The notes below the pieces were generated by a model. It made no database searches. It was not told the DNA's origin and worked only from the letters and a program-made list of their open reading frames with translations. Below, piece after piece: positions 11,019 to 23,626 of a DNA stretch of 64,000 bases (its first letter is position 1; the number at the start of each line of letters is the position of its first letter). The translations under genes were made by a program, and so were the position numbers. The stretch is from Penicillus capitatus (taxonomy: Eukaryota > Plantae > Chlorophyta), in the NCBI GenBank assembly GCA_965649825.1, contig OZ287697.1, positions 2,218,351-2,282,350 on the forward strand, read 5' to 3'.

Positions 11019-14000
11019 TCAGGAAAAGGTCACTAGTGGACTGCCAGGATAGATGTCGAGTTCTCCATCATTGTTTCTTTCGATTTCTATCTTATCGAGA
11101 CCGATCGCCTCCTTCAGATAATCTTGGAGTTCTTCGAAAACGGCGGCCTCGTCGAAAGGAGCAGAGGATTGCAGTGCTTGTATTCCAGCTCCCTGTTGAG
11201 CCTGTTCCATTTTGAACTTGGTGAATGGTAGGGCCAAACGCTTGATCTGCTTCTCATCCTTGCCCTTTTCGGATGCCGAAGCCTGTATCTGAGAGATGAC
11301 CTCTCCGACCGTACCCTCTCCGAATGACTCCGTTTCTGCATTGAAGTGTTGCAGAAGCACTTGCAAGACGACTTCCTGCCATGGCAGGTATTTTGAGCTT
11401 GTGACGATCTTTGCTTCCTTGAAGTGTTTTCGGTCAGATGCTGCTGCTCCTTTCTTAGCTTTGGGCGGTGTCTCGAGTTTTGTCTTGCTTCGTCTTGTCG
11501 AAATGACAAAGTCTTCGATGAAAGATGCTGCTTGTTGGAGTCCGTAAGAGGCGTCTGGTGCCTCTGGCCATCCAGCAGTCAATGCAGAACCCTTTTTCTT
11601 AAGGAGATTGATCCAAATGTGGTCCATCGTGTGCGGTGCAAAGGGCACAAGCAAGAGTGTCGATACTTCCAGATAGCGCTCTATCAAGGACCGGTTCATC
11701 GGTACATGCTTACAGCCGAATCGGTAGGTATCTCTTGCTGCCATGAGATCAAAGCAACTGTACTTTAGGGCATCCCTGAAGAGCATCTTCTCGTAGGCAG
11801 TGCGGGATCGATGCACGGCAACATTGATGGCGTTTTCGAAGACGCGTTCGAAGAAGGTAGTCGGTGGTCCACTGGTCAAACCCTCTTTGGACGCCAAGAT
11901 ATCTTCGATCCATGTCAGCTCTTTTGTCAGACGCAAAATTGCAGCATTGGCCGCCGTCTGCTCAAAGTTGGCATCGTCCAGTCCATCTCCTGCATCTGCC
12001 AAAGCAATGCGTACGGCATCCGCCGAATACATCCCGATGGCCTGAAGTGACATTTTGCACTCTGGGCAAGATGAATGGAAAAAACCTGTTCCAGGGTGAG
12101 GAAATTTCCTTCGGATTTTGACATCTTGTTTGCGTTCAAAAGCACATGGCCATTGCAGCGAAAGGCTTTTGGCCAGTACTTTCGTGGCCAGAAGGCTGTA
12201 TGGTTGTAGAGGGTAAAGGTGAGATGGTTCTGGATCAAATCGTATCCAGATACCCGAACATCAAACGGATACCAATACTCAAACTCTCTTCGCATCTTCC
12301 GCAAGAGCTCCTCATTGATTTGCGTCTTTGGCATCTCTCCCAATCCAAACACGAAATCAAACACCTGAGCAATCCAAAGGTTGAGAAGGAATAGGGAGGA
12401 GAGGAGGTCGTTTTGACATCGTCAGTGATCTGTCCCGGTGGTATCGACGTCGTCATTGTGCCATACATATCTCCTTGTTGCAAAATGTGGGCGATGGTGT
12501 AGTAGGCCATGTAGATGGTGGAATCTGAGAGAGATTCAATGAGATACTCTGGATCCCAGGGAAGGCGCGTTCCCAGTCCATAAGATCGAGAGACGGCCCA
12601 TTTCTCCAGCCATTCAAGGCACCGCTCAAACTTCTCTCTCGCCTCGCTGCTATACGTTTCGAGCTGTGCTAGGCATTCTTTCGTCATCTTTGCCCACTCT
12701 TCCTCGCCGTATGTGATATACCACTGGTCAGTCAATGCCACCACACACGCATCGCCTGATCTCGACACGACTTTCGATTCCGGTTCGCTGTAGAGCAATG
12801 CCTGGCCGCTTTCCACAAATTTCTGCTTGATACGAGGCTTCGCTTCCGACACCTTATGTCCAGTATACTCTCCCACGATCATGATACCTTGGTTGAATCC
12901 CTTCATGTAAGTCTTCTCCTTTGCCTGCGCAAGCTTGTCCACTTCATGCTGATTCTTAATTTTGAGCTCGTCGCACACGGTGACAGCAGCTGCATTTCCA
13001 AAACCTACATGCAGGAGTGTCTGTCCGTCGTCTGTGCGAGAACTGTCATCGAAAGCGACCTTCGATTTCAATGATGGGAATGATATCGAATGGCATCACC
13101 CATGCATCTTCCACTCCATACTTCTCTTTCATTTTGTTCTTGTTCTCTTTCAGATCTCTCAAAGCGATGTGATCATCTGGTGCATCTGAAGGCACACTGG
13201 TGACAACACCTGTTCCTTTGTTCATCTTGATCGTCAGCAAAGGTAATCCATAGATAACGTCATGTGGACAGTTGGGCGAAGATACGGGCAGGCCAATCAA
13301 ATCCTGTCCCTTGATACGCAGCAGGCAATCGAGTTTGCCTGTCTCTGGCATCTTTTCTTGATAAGACAGGTTCATTGCCGAGCGCTCGGACATGATGTAG
13401 ATTTCATTGTCCAATCCACGATAGGCGCCGTACTCTCCCGAGGGAAGAACCCAGTAATTGGTCTGTCCATACATCGTCTCCGGGCGCAGCGTCGCCGCCA
13501 TTAGATAGACAGGTCCCTTGCCTTCCAGTACACTTAATGCTTCCGTCAATTTCTGGACTTGCATTTTGATCAGGACATATTCTTGGGGAAGGACGCCTTC
13601 TCCTTCGGATCGATCATGATCAGCGCAAGGTTGACCGTCCAGAGGTGAGTAGATGGCATATCTCTTGTCCTTGATGACACGGCCATCTTTGTGGAGTCTA
13701 CGGAATTGCCATTGAATGAAGCGATCGTAATAGGGATTGCGATCGGTTGTGATAAAGGACCTTCTCCAGTCGATACCGCATCCCATGGCCTTGAGATCCA
13801 CGACAGCCTTCTCGGGAAAAGAATCCAACCAGTAGTCAGCATCTCTGAACAACAGGCCACTGAATCACACAGAGCTGTTTGCTTGACGACGACACCGGTA
13901 TTTCGCAATTTCTTCTGTAGGAATATCACTCATCTCGAGTATCTGCCATTGATACTTTGCCTTTCCGGCCTTCGATGCAACCTTCGTTTTCTTCCTGGCA

Positions 14001-14605
14001 AATTTGGCACCCTCTCCCCCGCTTGCTGTATCTCTCTGAAACACAGTTGTCTTGTCTAGCACAGGTGCTGCTTCATCGCAATGTCTCTACCTTTTCAGCA
14101 GGCGCCTCTTCCTCTTTGTCCTGAGGAAATACTGGAGGACATCCAAACTGACGGATTTCTCTATCCAGTTTATCGGCACACGCCTGCATCCTGTCGATTC
14201 AGGGGATTCTGAAAACGATGGAGTTGACAGTTTGCCTTGATGGGCATGCCTGTGCAGTGGAATCCTTGTGGAAAGAGCACACGCTTTCCCCTCAGACGTT
14301 CGAATGCCGACTTGAATTCGAGCTTGGATAAACTGAAGGCGTGTCCCAAATGAAGCAGACCATTCATGTAAGGATAGGGAAAGTTCCCAAAGAATTTCTC
14401 TCCCTCTACTGGCGGCGTCTCCGGAGCATCGACTTCGAAGATCTTAGCAGCTTCCCATTCTCTCTGCCGTGCCTTTTGGATCTCCAAGAGCAAATCACGC
14501 CGTGTCGTGTTCTGAAGCTAAACGTCATACGGCGCCGCCTCCATCGTCGAGTGTTGTTGTTGGGCGGCGCACCTCGTCATCGGTCGGGTTAGAGGAGGAC
14601 GTCAT
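11019..14605 (-). CDS. LARS: Cytosolic leucyl-tRNA synthetase
   Basis: [14 protein letters not shown] (HIGH), [61 protein letters not shown] (KMSKS). First exon [11 protein letters not shown] inferred. Confidence 0.97.
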
Positions 14606-14784
14606 TCGAGCTGACGGTGAGAGAGATGGGCGCAATCGCACGAAACGACGCGTGATACTCGAGCGAATTGCGAACAGTTTTACGAAATTGCGTATGGATG
14701 GACGATTGTCTCACTCGATCCAGTGACAGACATGCGCCGTTTTTTTCGTGCACCACGCGAACCACTGGATTCGAGAATGGCGTC

Positions 14785-15776
14785 TTATACAATGACGATT
14801 GCAGGAACAGCCTGAATCGCCACGTTCTCCTGACGTTCATCTCGTTGCATACGATCGACCATGTCTGGAGCCGGTCCATTCACTTCATTCTGTCCAGCTT
14901 GGAATTGCGCACAGCGCATTAACTGACAAGACCATGTGTATAGGATAGCAATCAGCAGACCTGAACACACCACACATCATCCATCACCCATTCCTCAGAC
15001 CACATGAGAGATGGATTACCTGTGACGAGCGCAGTGACAATGGTGACTTTGAAGAACAGAATACAGACGATGGTGACAACCCACGTCATCCGGATACAAT
15101 CAAAGACATCTGTGGCTGACGGATAACGTCCTCTGGAGGCATCGGTTGGGTCATCAGAGGCCTGCTGCGATCCAGCATCTGATCGTGGCTGAGGGGGGCT
15201 GAGATTGGCAATCGGCGTTCGGCACACATCACATGTCAAATCTCCCTTGATATCCACCCACTTCTGAGCACAATCCTTGTGTCGCAGCGCAGCGTCGCCC
15301 TTGCATTGACAGTCCAGTCTTATGGCTTGGCCGGATTCGAAGTCTTCAGGCGACAATGGTTCCAGACAGATGAGGCAGATCTTCTCGGACGATGACCCAC
15401 TGCTGCCGTTTGACATGGAGGCATAACTGAGCAGACCAGGCAGAGTGGCCACGGATCTATCGATGGGTGCTCGGGCTGATACTGGTAGTGGATCAGCAGT
15501 ATTAGAAATTTCGATTTCTCCCTGAACATCGCTATGAACTGCATTGGAAGACAAAGACTCATCTGTTGGTTCATCGTTCCTGGACAATCCCGATGGTCCC
15601 GGTCGAGGATCGACGTCGAAGGAGGAATTATGAGAGGCACTAGAAGATTCGACGTCGACGGAATTGGGTACAGTGTCATAGCGCCTAAACAATGGGTCAA
15701 TGGAGAAAGTGTGAGAAGAGGGTAAGAACCCTACCGACCAAAAAAGGGCCACCGAAATGTCGACCATGGGGCCCAA
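14785..15776 (-). CDS. RING-CH (C4HC3, MARCH-like) membrane E3 ubiquitin ligase
   Basis: CLIC-x-CQC-x-HKDC-x-W-x-CDVC spacing, followed by hydrophobic segments (IRMTWVVTIVCILFF; CSGLLIAILY). Start position uncertain. Confidence 0.8.
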
Positions 15777-16101
15777 CCAAAATTCCGATCTGTAAAAGAC
15801 GTATGCGTCAAAAGGCGAAACACGAAAGGGGCATTACTCGGCAAAAGCGGCCGCCGGTCGTTACTGTTGTTCTGTGGGTCGGACATTGGCAACGCACCTG
15901 AGGTTCTCTAAGATATAGGACTCAAAACAACTTAAACGGTGCAGAGAAGGAAACAGAAATGATAGAGACTGAGAGCGAACAGCTGAATCAATCGAAACGT
16001 GTTCTTTTTACTTTCCGCGTCAGAACCTTAAGGGAAACGATGTTTACGCGCGATAGGACATCGTCGAACCACATCTTCTTGGGCAAGCGTCACATCATCA
16101 A

Positions 16102-18518
16102 TCATTCTAAGAGCATGCCTCGTGATCGTTCCATCATTTTCTTGACATTGGCGTCCTGGAAAGACTTCAAGAGAGTGGTGCCGTTCATGAGATGCGTTGT
16201 GGCGATGACGAATTTTGTCCTGCCTCCACTCAAACTGCTCAAGAATCGAAGGGCAGAGATCTCAGAGAAGGTGACACCACCGATGAACACCACCAGAACT
16301 GTCTCCCCTCTCTCAGAGAGAAAACTGCGCTTGACCCCTTCCATCTGCGCGAAATCCGCAGAATTCATGTCAAAGTGCGTTCCCGGCAGCAGATTCACGG
16401 CATCCATGCCACGTCCCTTCCATCCCGTCATCGCATTGAAATCCAAACTGTCAGCTAAGGATTGAGTGAGAGAAGGGAGGATAGAGAGATGGAAACAGAC
16501 CGCGTGAGAATGTACTGGAGCGATGTTGTTTGAGAGTGAGCTCAACGAGGCGGATGCTAAGGGGAGCATAACCCCAGTAGATGTGACTGATGTCCGACGG
16601 TCTCGCATCTGGATACAAACAATCGTCCGAGGACAGGAGAAGCGTTTTGGCACGCACCTGTTTCGTCTTCCTCATTGATGGAAAGATTCAGAGACCGACG
16701 AATCGTTGGAAATGTGTTCTTGGATTCCTGTTTGGTGAAGAGTAGTCCAGCCATCTCCAGATGGGTCATCAAACTTAAGTTCTCATAGCTGCCACACAGA
16801 GGTCATCTCAGTGAGTTTGCGTTCGTTTTGGAAAGGCATTGTCGTGGATACCCGTAGCAGAGGAGCATGGTTTTTCTGAGTGCGTCATTGACTTTCTTTG
16901 GAATGCCATTGTTTGTGATGCAGAGAAGACAGAGGAGGCGAAGAGCTTCGAAGAAATCGCATCGTTTAATCATCATGTCCTCCACATATCGATAACCCTC
17001 TTCAAACGCTCCTTCCTCGACAATCTGCAAGAACGAAGAGGCCGTCGTCTGGCATTTCTGTGAAGAGATAGATAGAATGGCTGGCCTGGCGTTCAACGTT
17101 GATACGATCTTTGAAATCCTCTCCAACCATTTTCTTAGCAATCGGTTCGCTGATGTTTGAATGCATTTCTGTAGAACCGAGTTGCATCAGTCTGCCAAAC
17201 AGACGATCTACTCAAGTAAATGCGTTGTGCGATGGTGTAGTGTGACCGATTGGCGAATTCTCGCATCTCTGATACACTCTTGCTGGACGTGTCTTGCTTG
17301 ATTGACTGCCAGTCATGCTTCATCTTCTGAACCCAGTCACGTATACGAGGCGCCGCTTTGTGCCAGGGAACATCACGCATCTCGCTGTGCATTGGATCGG
17401 CACTGTTGAGAATGTACTTCTTCTTCTCTGTTGCTCCAGTTCGATCTGTGACGTTCACGTAGACAACATTCGTCTTGATACCCAGAATCTCGTCGATCAT
17501 CCCCTCGTACGTCACTTGTGTCATGAGAGGCGTGACAACATCAACAGCTCTGTTAAAGGGAAAGGAGACATGAATGAACATGGAGGGGTGAGAGTCTCTA
17601 CCTGTCCAGGAGAATCATGCGTTTGATGGTACCTGGCGGCGGAAGATCGCCCATTTCTTGACTCATTCTGGAACACATTTTCTCCACGGCTTCTGCTGCT
17701 GGTCCCTTTCCCATGGTGCGTGGAATAACGCCCACGACACTTTGAAAATGCATCAGTGCCCTGCAACGATCGTTAGTAGACTGAACGCAGGTACCACGAA
17801 GACCTGGCCATGAGAAACAGTGATGTGCTGTCGCCGTCTACCGTCACTTCCCGAAACGAATCCGACAGCTCCAGAGACAGCACGTCCTCGTCGAAAGGAA
17901 TAAAATCCAATGGCATCTCTCCCAGAATCGTATCTCCCTTGACGCCTTCATCTTCAAACAGCTGAGAAGAAATCCAATTCATGTCAGGATTGACAGGTGA
18001 TGATGATCACTTCAGACCTCTCCTTACCTTTTCGCAGAGACAGGTCAGACGGGGAACAAAGTACACGGCATACTCATGCACCGTTTCCATTCTGTTTAGC
18101 GCCTTGATCTTTTCGGCTATGAGTTGTGCATTCATGACACTGGCACGTGACTAAGGCAAGCAGGTCACACAAATGTCCATTCCTTTCTCGTATGAGGCAG
18201 AGGTTGTACAATGAAGATGACACTCTTAGATGCAGGCTGCTGCAGTTCAGGGCTTAGATGGAACATCTCCTCCACTCCATGTTCAGATAGCACAGCTGCA
18301 GGAATGATCAATGCCAAGCATCCGTCGAGCGTCGGGTCCACCACCAGTGCCTTGGCTCCTATCCGAAAGCCTACAAGAGCGATGGATTGCTAAGAAGCCA
18401 AACCGATCATGACATCGATGATGTCGAGGAATTTTGCTCTGGCTTTTTCTCTGAGAGGTGCCAGAGGCACAGGGCCCTTCGTGAGGGGCGGTACTTTGGG
18501 TCCCTGCTTCGCCGACAT
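16102..18518 (-). CDS. VPS33: VPS33 (Sec1/Munc18 family, HOPS/CORVET subunit)
   Basis: KALVVDPTL, PLDFIPFDEDVLSLE, RAVDVVTPLMTQVTYEGMIDEILGI, VLVVFIGGVTFSEISALRFL, IATTHLMNGTTLL. Confidence 0.9.
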
Positions 18519-18560
18519 TTCAATCGCGGCGCAGATGGATTTCAATTTTCTTCCAATCTA
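18519..18560. promoter_or_regulatory. 42-bp spacer between divergent start codons (VPS33 / ILP1-like); putative bidirectional promoter
   Basis: CAT at 18516-18518 and ATG at 18561. Both starts are inferred. Confidence 0.5.
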
Positions 18561-21140
18561 ATGCCGAAGCGAAATCTGCGTAAAAAGTCGACCGCGGCCA
18601 ACGATGCCTCCTCCCGCGAGCCTATTGCAGCGACAGCGGCGAAGAGAGGTGTTCTGAGTTTTGATGTCGACGAGGAGCCCGTCGTGGCGCAACCGAACAA
18701 GAAAACCAGCAGAAAGCAAAGTATGTTGAAAAACGACTATTCGAAGACAACGCGCACCCGTTACCTTCCACTCAAGTGCCCTCCGTCGGGGACTATACCG
18801 CCGAAAAACTCGAGGAGTTGAAGAAAGAGACGAAGGGCTTGCTAAAGCGTCCTTATTCTGTATCGGTCACCCCCACTCCCCCACCTGTCTTGAAAGTCTC
18901 AGGGAGCTTCAAACCTATTGCTGCTGCATCGTCACATCCACCGGAGGAGGCTTTTGTGCGCGTTCGACCCGAAGAGCACAAGAGAAAGGAAGCCGTCGAG
19001 CAACCGTCGGAAGATATGGACAAAGATTTTGTGCCGCCCAATATACGAACCATCCAGTAAGATCCCCATTTGCAGTTGAAGAGTCCATAGAACACTCCAC
19101 TTTGTAGAATGGCGAAGGCGAAACGAGAGAGATTGAGACAGGCGCGATTGGCTCCAGATTATCTCCCTCTTGGCGGAGCATCTACTCTTCTGAGTCAGGA
19201 CCTTAAGCAGAGGGAGGACAGACTGCGCTCTGAGTCGGATGAAGAAGAGGAACACATGCGGCTCCAGTTCATCGGTCATCTTCCGTCAAAACCAAAGTGT
19301 GACGATCGTTGTTGTGCAGAGGCTATTTGCATGTTGCGATAGAGTTGCTCAGGATGAACTGGATTTGGATCTGATGGAAGACGAGGATGCCGTCGACAGT
19401 TTTGTCGACACACAGATCAAGAAAGGCATCGCAGCTGCAGGGCATCCAGACGCACCCAGGACACACAGAAAGAAGCAACGCCATTCCGAGGCTTCTGTGC
19501 ATCTGTCGGCAGAAATAAGCGCTCATTGTTTCTCATTCTAGATGGAAGATGAGGTGCCTGTGATGCCCGTCTTGTGTCGGACCGATCTTGCGGCTGCCGC
19601 GATGCAGACATGGCAGCAGATCGTGGAGGAAACCGAAGTGCTGCAGGAGGCACAAGAGGCGACGGGGAGGAGGCTCGAGGACACGAGAAAATGTCTGAGC
19701 GATGCGCGGAATGGATTGGAGACGAGCAAAGAGGAGGAGAGGACCACGGAAGAGCGTTATCGGGAGGTGCAGGAGTGGCGCGATTACATGGCAGATCTCT
19801 GTGCCTGTCTGAAAGAGAAACTTCCGTTCATCGAGTCGATGGAGGATCACCTACAGGAGCTCTATGACGACAGGGCATCTCAACTAGTGCAAGAAGGACT
19901 GGAACACAGAGAAGGACAAGAGATGGCAGACATGGCGTCGAATGCGATTCTGGAGACCATCGCAGCAGAGGATTCCCTCGACGAAGCAGGAAGAATCGCG
20001 CAGATCGCCGTCCGCGATCTCGAGAGAAGCTATCACACTTCGGATGACAGCGAGGCGAACGAGAAGGCATTTCGAAGAGGCGAAAAGCGAAAGAGAAGGT
20101 GGCAGGCGGCGATGCACAGTGCCTCTCAGGGGGACTATGACGTCAAGAAGGACAGTCCACTGGACAAGATGCAGCTGGCTTCGCAGCTCGAGGAGATAAA
20201 GCGAACGGCAAACGAAGTGTTTTCCGACGTGTTGCCCGAGATGCGATGCATTTCGTCGATCACTGCTCGAGTGGAAGGGTGGAAGACCCAGTATTCTAAG
20301 CTGTACGATATGGCGTACATTCCAGACAGTCTGCCAACATTGCTTGCTCCCTTTGTTCGTTGCGAAGTGCTGACATGGAGTCCTCTCTGCGGCACCCCGC
20401 TTGGACTGGAGTCTCAGCAGTGGTATATGGATGTTGAGAATTTCGGCGGGTCCGAGGAAGATCATCTGGTCCCTGAGATCGTCCGTCAGGTCGTTCTGCC
20501 TGTTGCTCGTCGACACATACAGAAGTGCTGGTCGCCTTTTGTTTTCTCAGAGTCCAAGATCGTCGCAGAGATCGTCCGCGAGGTGCTGGTCTATGTATCC
20601 ATCGAAGACACCGAGATGGAGAAGCTGCTCCGTACCGTCCGGGAGAAACTCAAGGAGGCGGTGGACAACGTGGGAGTCTCTCCGTACACACGACCAGCCT
20701 TCTCTATATCAGAAGTGGTTCAGTCCGTTGTCGAAGTCGGGTTCAGAAGGGCACTTCACTTGACAGCATCTCTTGGCTGCTTCATGGATATCCTGTCGAG
20801 AGATGTCGTCAGAGATCTCCTTTTGACAGAGCTCGTATGTGAGCGGCTGCTTCCCTATCTTAGGGCGCTGACATCGTATTGGCCCAGAAGTGCCGTGGAG
20901 AAAGTCGTCTCTCTGTTGTCTCTTCTTCCGTCGCCGTTGCTTGCAGCAGGCCAGTGTCCTATCGAAGTCCAGCAGATATCGGAAGTGCTGAGTGCCATAG
21001 GCCGGTCCATCGAAACCCAGGAAAGGCCCAGGAAACGGGAAGAAAGCAGTCATGTGTTTATTGGATCGCTTGTTAAGTGGCTCTTTCACTTCGGAAAGAC
21101 GGAGACGGCGATTTCTGTGCAAGAAGCGTTTCTGGTATGA
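18561..21140 (+). CDS. GCFC-domain spliceosome-disassembly factor (ILP1/PAXBP1/GCFC2-like)
   Basis: YTAEKLEEL, AKAKRERLRQARLAPDYLPL, coiled-coil, then GCFC domain VFSDV...RVEGWKTQYSKLYDMAYIPDSLPTLLAPFVRCEVLTWSPL. Confidence 0.85.
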
Positions 21141-21482
21141 CACGGGACATGCATGGCGTCCTGGATACCGCCGTTTGCCGACAGCCTGGTTCCATAAAAG
21201 CCGCAGTGATCATTGGACGCCGGGGATCAGAGTCTTCAAGAAACGAACGTGCAACTCCGATTTTCTCACTAGTTGGAAGAAACAGACTGGAATCCGCAAA
21301 GCCTTTTCTGTCGACCAAAGTCCACACTGCATCCTTGATAACTAACTGTTGATGTTGAAACTGTCCTGTGCAACGTTGTAATGCTGTTCTGTTAACGATT
21401 CTTCCAAAACTGTCACCCCTTATCATCCGTCCAATATACTGTTGTACCATCCATCGGTATATCAACCGCGTCATGCGCATCT

Positions 21483-23568
21483 ATGCAAGAGTTCCCTTCT
21501 CGGTCACATCCTGAACCCTGTCTGGGCAGAATGAATGTTATTCCATTGCCTTTGTCTGTCCAGCCGGAGAAAGGGACGTTCCTGTTCGCTCGCCGATTCT
21601 TAGTACACTGTGAAGACGACGTCAGCAGAGGAGTCGCTTCCTATCTAGTCAGTGAGGCGGAAAAGAGATACGGCCTGATCGGCCAGTTACACGAAACGGA
21701 GGACCAGGCGCCTTCCATTGTCCTTAGTTTGCAAAGAGATGTCGACTTTATTAAAGGCATGAAAGGTCGTGAAGAAGGCTACATGCTTTCTATAACAGAA
21801 GAGGGCATTTTCATCTTGGCAGAGAACAGATCTGGATTGTTCTATGGAGTTCAATCCTTTTTTCAACTCCTTCCCTTTCCTCTTGAAGTCCATACGCAGG
21901 ATGACATCCACATTCCATGCATGAGGGTGTGCTTGCTGATCTTCTGATGTCAGATGTCTTGTGAACATTGAATGCTTTGTTTCGCAGATCGTTGACATGC
22001 CTCGATTTCCATGGAGAGGTGCTTTATTGGATGTGGGCCGCCATTTCTTCGATGTTCCTTTCATCAAACGCTTTATCGATCATCTGGCATTCTACAAACT
22101 CAATAGATTTCATTGGCATCTGACAGAAGATCAGGGTTGGAGAATTGAGATCAGATCTTATCCGAAGCTGACGCAGATTGGATCCTGGAGAGAAGATGAA
22201 GATGGCCAAGGCATATATGGAGGATTCTATACACAAGACGAGCTCCGGGAGATTGTGTCTTACGCAAAAGAGCGCTGTGTTGAGGTCATGCCAGAAATTG
22301 AAATGCCGGGGCATTGCGCTGCTTCCCTAGCTGCCTATCCACATCTTTCGTGCAGAGAGAACATTTTGGAAACACCCTACAAGTGGGGCGTTTATGAGGA
22401 CATCTACTGCGCTGTATACGCCTGATTGCAATGGCTCTACTGACTCATGTGAAATGCACTGAGTTTAGGGAAAGGATGAGGTCTTCGAGTTTTTGAAAGA
22501 GGTCTTGAATGAGATTGCAGAGATATTTCCATTCGAGTATATTCACATTGGAGGAGACGAAGCGCCAAGAGATCGGTGGAAAGAGTGTGAGAAATGTCAG
22601 GAGAGAATTCAAAAGCATGAATTAAAAGGAGAAGATGAATTGCAAAGTTGGTTCATCTCACAAATTGCCGAATATTTGGTACAAAAAAAGAGGAAGATCA
22701 TTGGCTGGGATGAAATCGTAGAAGGCGGCATTCCCAGCCGTGCATCCGTCATGTCTTGGAGAGTACTGTGAATCATTGCGATAATGGCTCATACACGCCA
22801 CACTTGAAGGGTGTCGTAGGAGGATTCATAGCTGCCAGACTCGGACATGATGTTGTTATGAGCCCAACTGCCCATTGCTACTTCGACTACAGACAATCCA
22901 ACAGGTATTGGCTTTTTAAGAATCTCTTCTTCTGTGCATCGGGAAATTTGGTGCAGTCGAAATGAACCGGGGGCATACTACGCTACATTATCGCTTGAGA
23001 GTGTTTATGCATTTGAACCAATCCCAGATGCACGTCTGCTGGTACGCATGAATGTTCTGGATCTATATGCATCGATCGTACTGTAAATTTTCTAATTCAG
23101 ATGGAAACTTCTGAAGTCAGCGATGCTAATACTGAAACACCAGGAGAGGGAATTCAAGAGAGTCAAAGCAAGACCGAGGCGCAGGTGGAACCGAATGGCT
23201 ACAAGGAAGAAGTCTTGGATGATGTACGGCCAGAACAGAGATTAGCTGATAACATTCAGTGTGGGAGGACACCAAAGCAATTGACAGAATCCGAACAACG
23301 GAGAATCCTCGGCGGCCAGGCCAATGTCTGGACAGAGTACATTGACAATGAAGCGACATGTGAATACATGATCTTTCCACGCCTCTGCGCATTTAGCGAA
23401 GCTGTTTGGTGAGCAATGTACAAAAAAGTCACCGATCGGACATAAAGAGGCATTGTGTGCAGGAGTCCAAGAGAGAAAAGAGATCTCCATAGTTTCTATC
23501 GTCGTTTGGAAGTACATGTTAAGGTTTTTGATGCATTAGATATCAAGTACCGTCCGTTGACACAGTAG
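21483..23568 (+). CDS. Beta-N-acetylhexosaminidase, GH20 (bacterial-like subtype)
   Basis: GH20b N-domain (VIPLP; EEGYMLSI; GLFYGVQSF), PRFPWRGALLDVGRHFF, FHWHLTEDQGWRIEI, VMPEIEMPGH, catalytic HIGGDE, ILGGQANVWTEY, IFPRLCAFSEAVW. Confidence 0.93.
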
Positions 23569-23595
23569 TAAACCAACAAACAGATAGACATGCCC

Positions 23596-23600
23596 TGTAA
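23596..23600 (+). terminator. TGTAA, candidate chlorophyte-type polyadenylation signal
   Basis: Lies 28 nt after the GH20 stop. TGTAA also occurs at 6202 (after the kinase), 54731 (after the headpiece gene) and 56490 (overlapping the EF-hand gene stop). UGUAA is the established chlorophyte poly(A) signal. Confidence 0.4.
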
Positions 23601-23626
23601 GACATTAGCGCATGAGAGTTGTAGTT

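Noticed and set aside
14518-14520. In-frame TAG just upstream of the conserved LeuRS start, suggesting the ulvophycean TAR=Gln code
   Set aside because: It is explained by an intron after [11 protein letters not shown]. Ferredoxin (TAG) and V-ATPase c (TAA) end at TAG/TAA exactly where homologues end, and no in-frame TAR interrupts the long conserved ORFs, so the code is standard.
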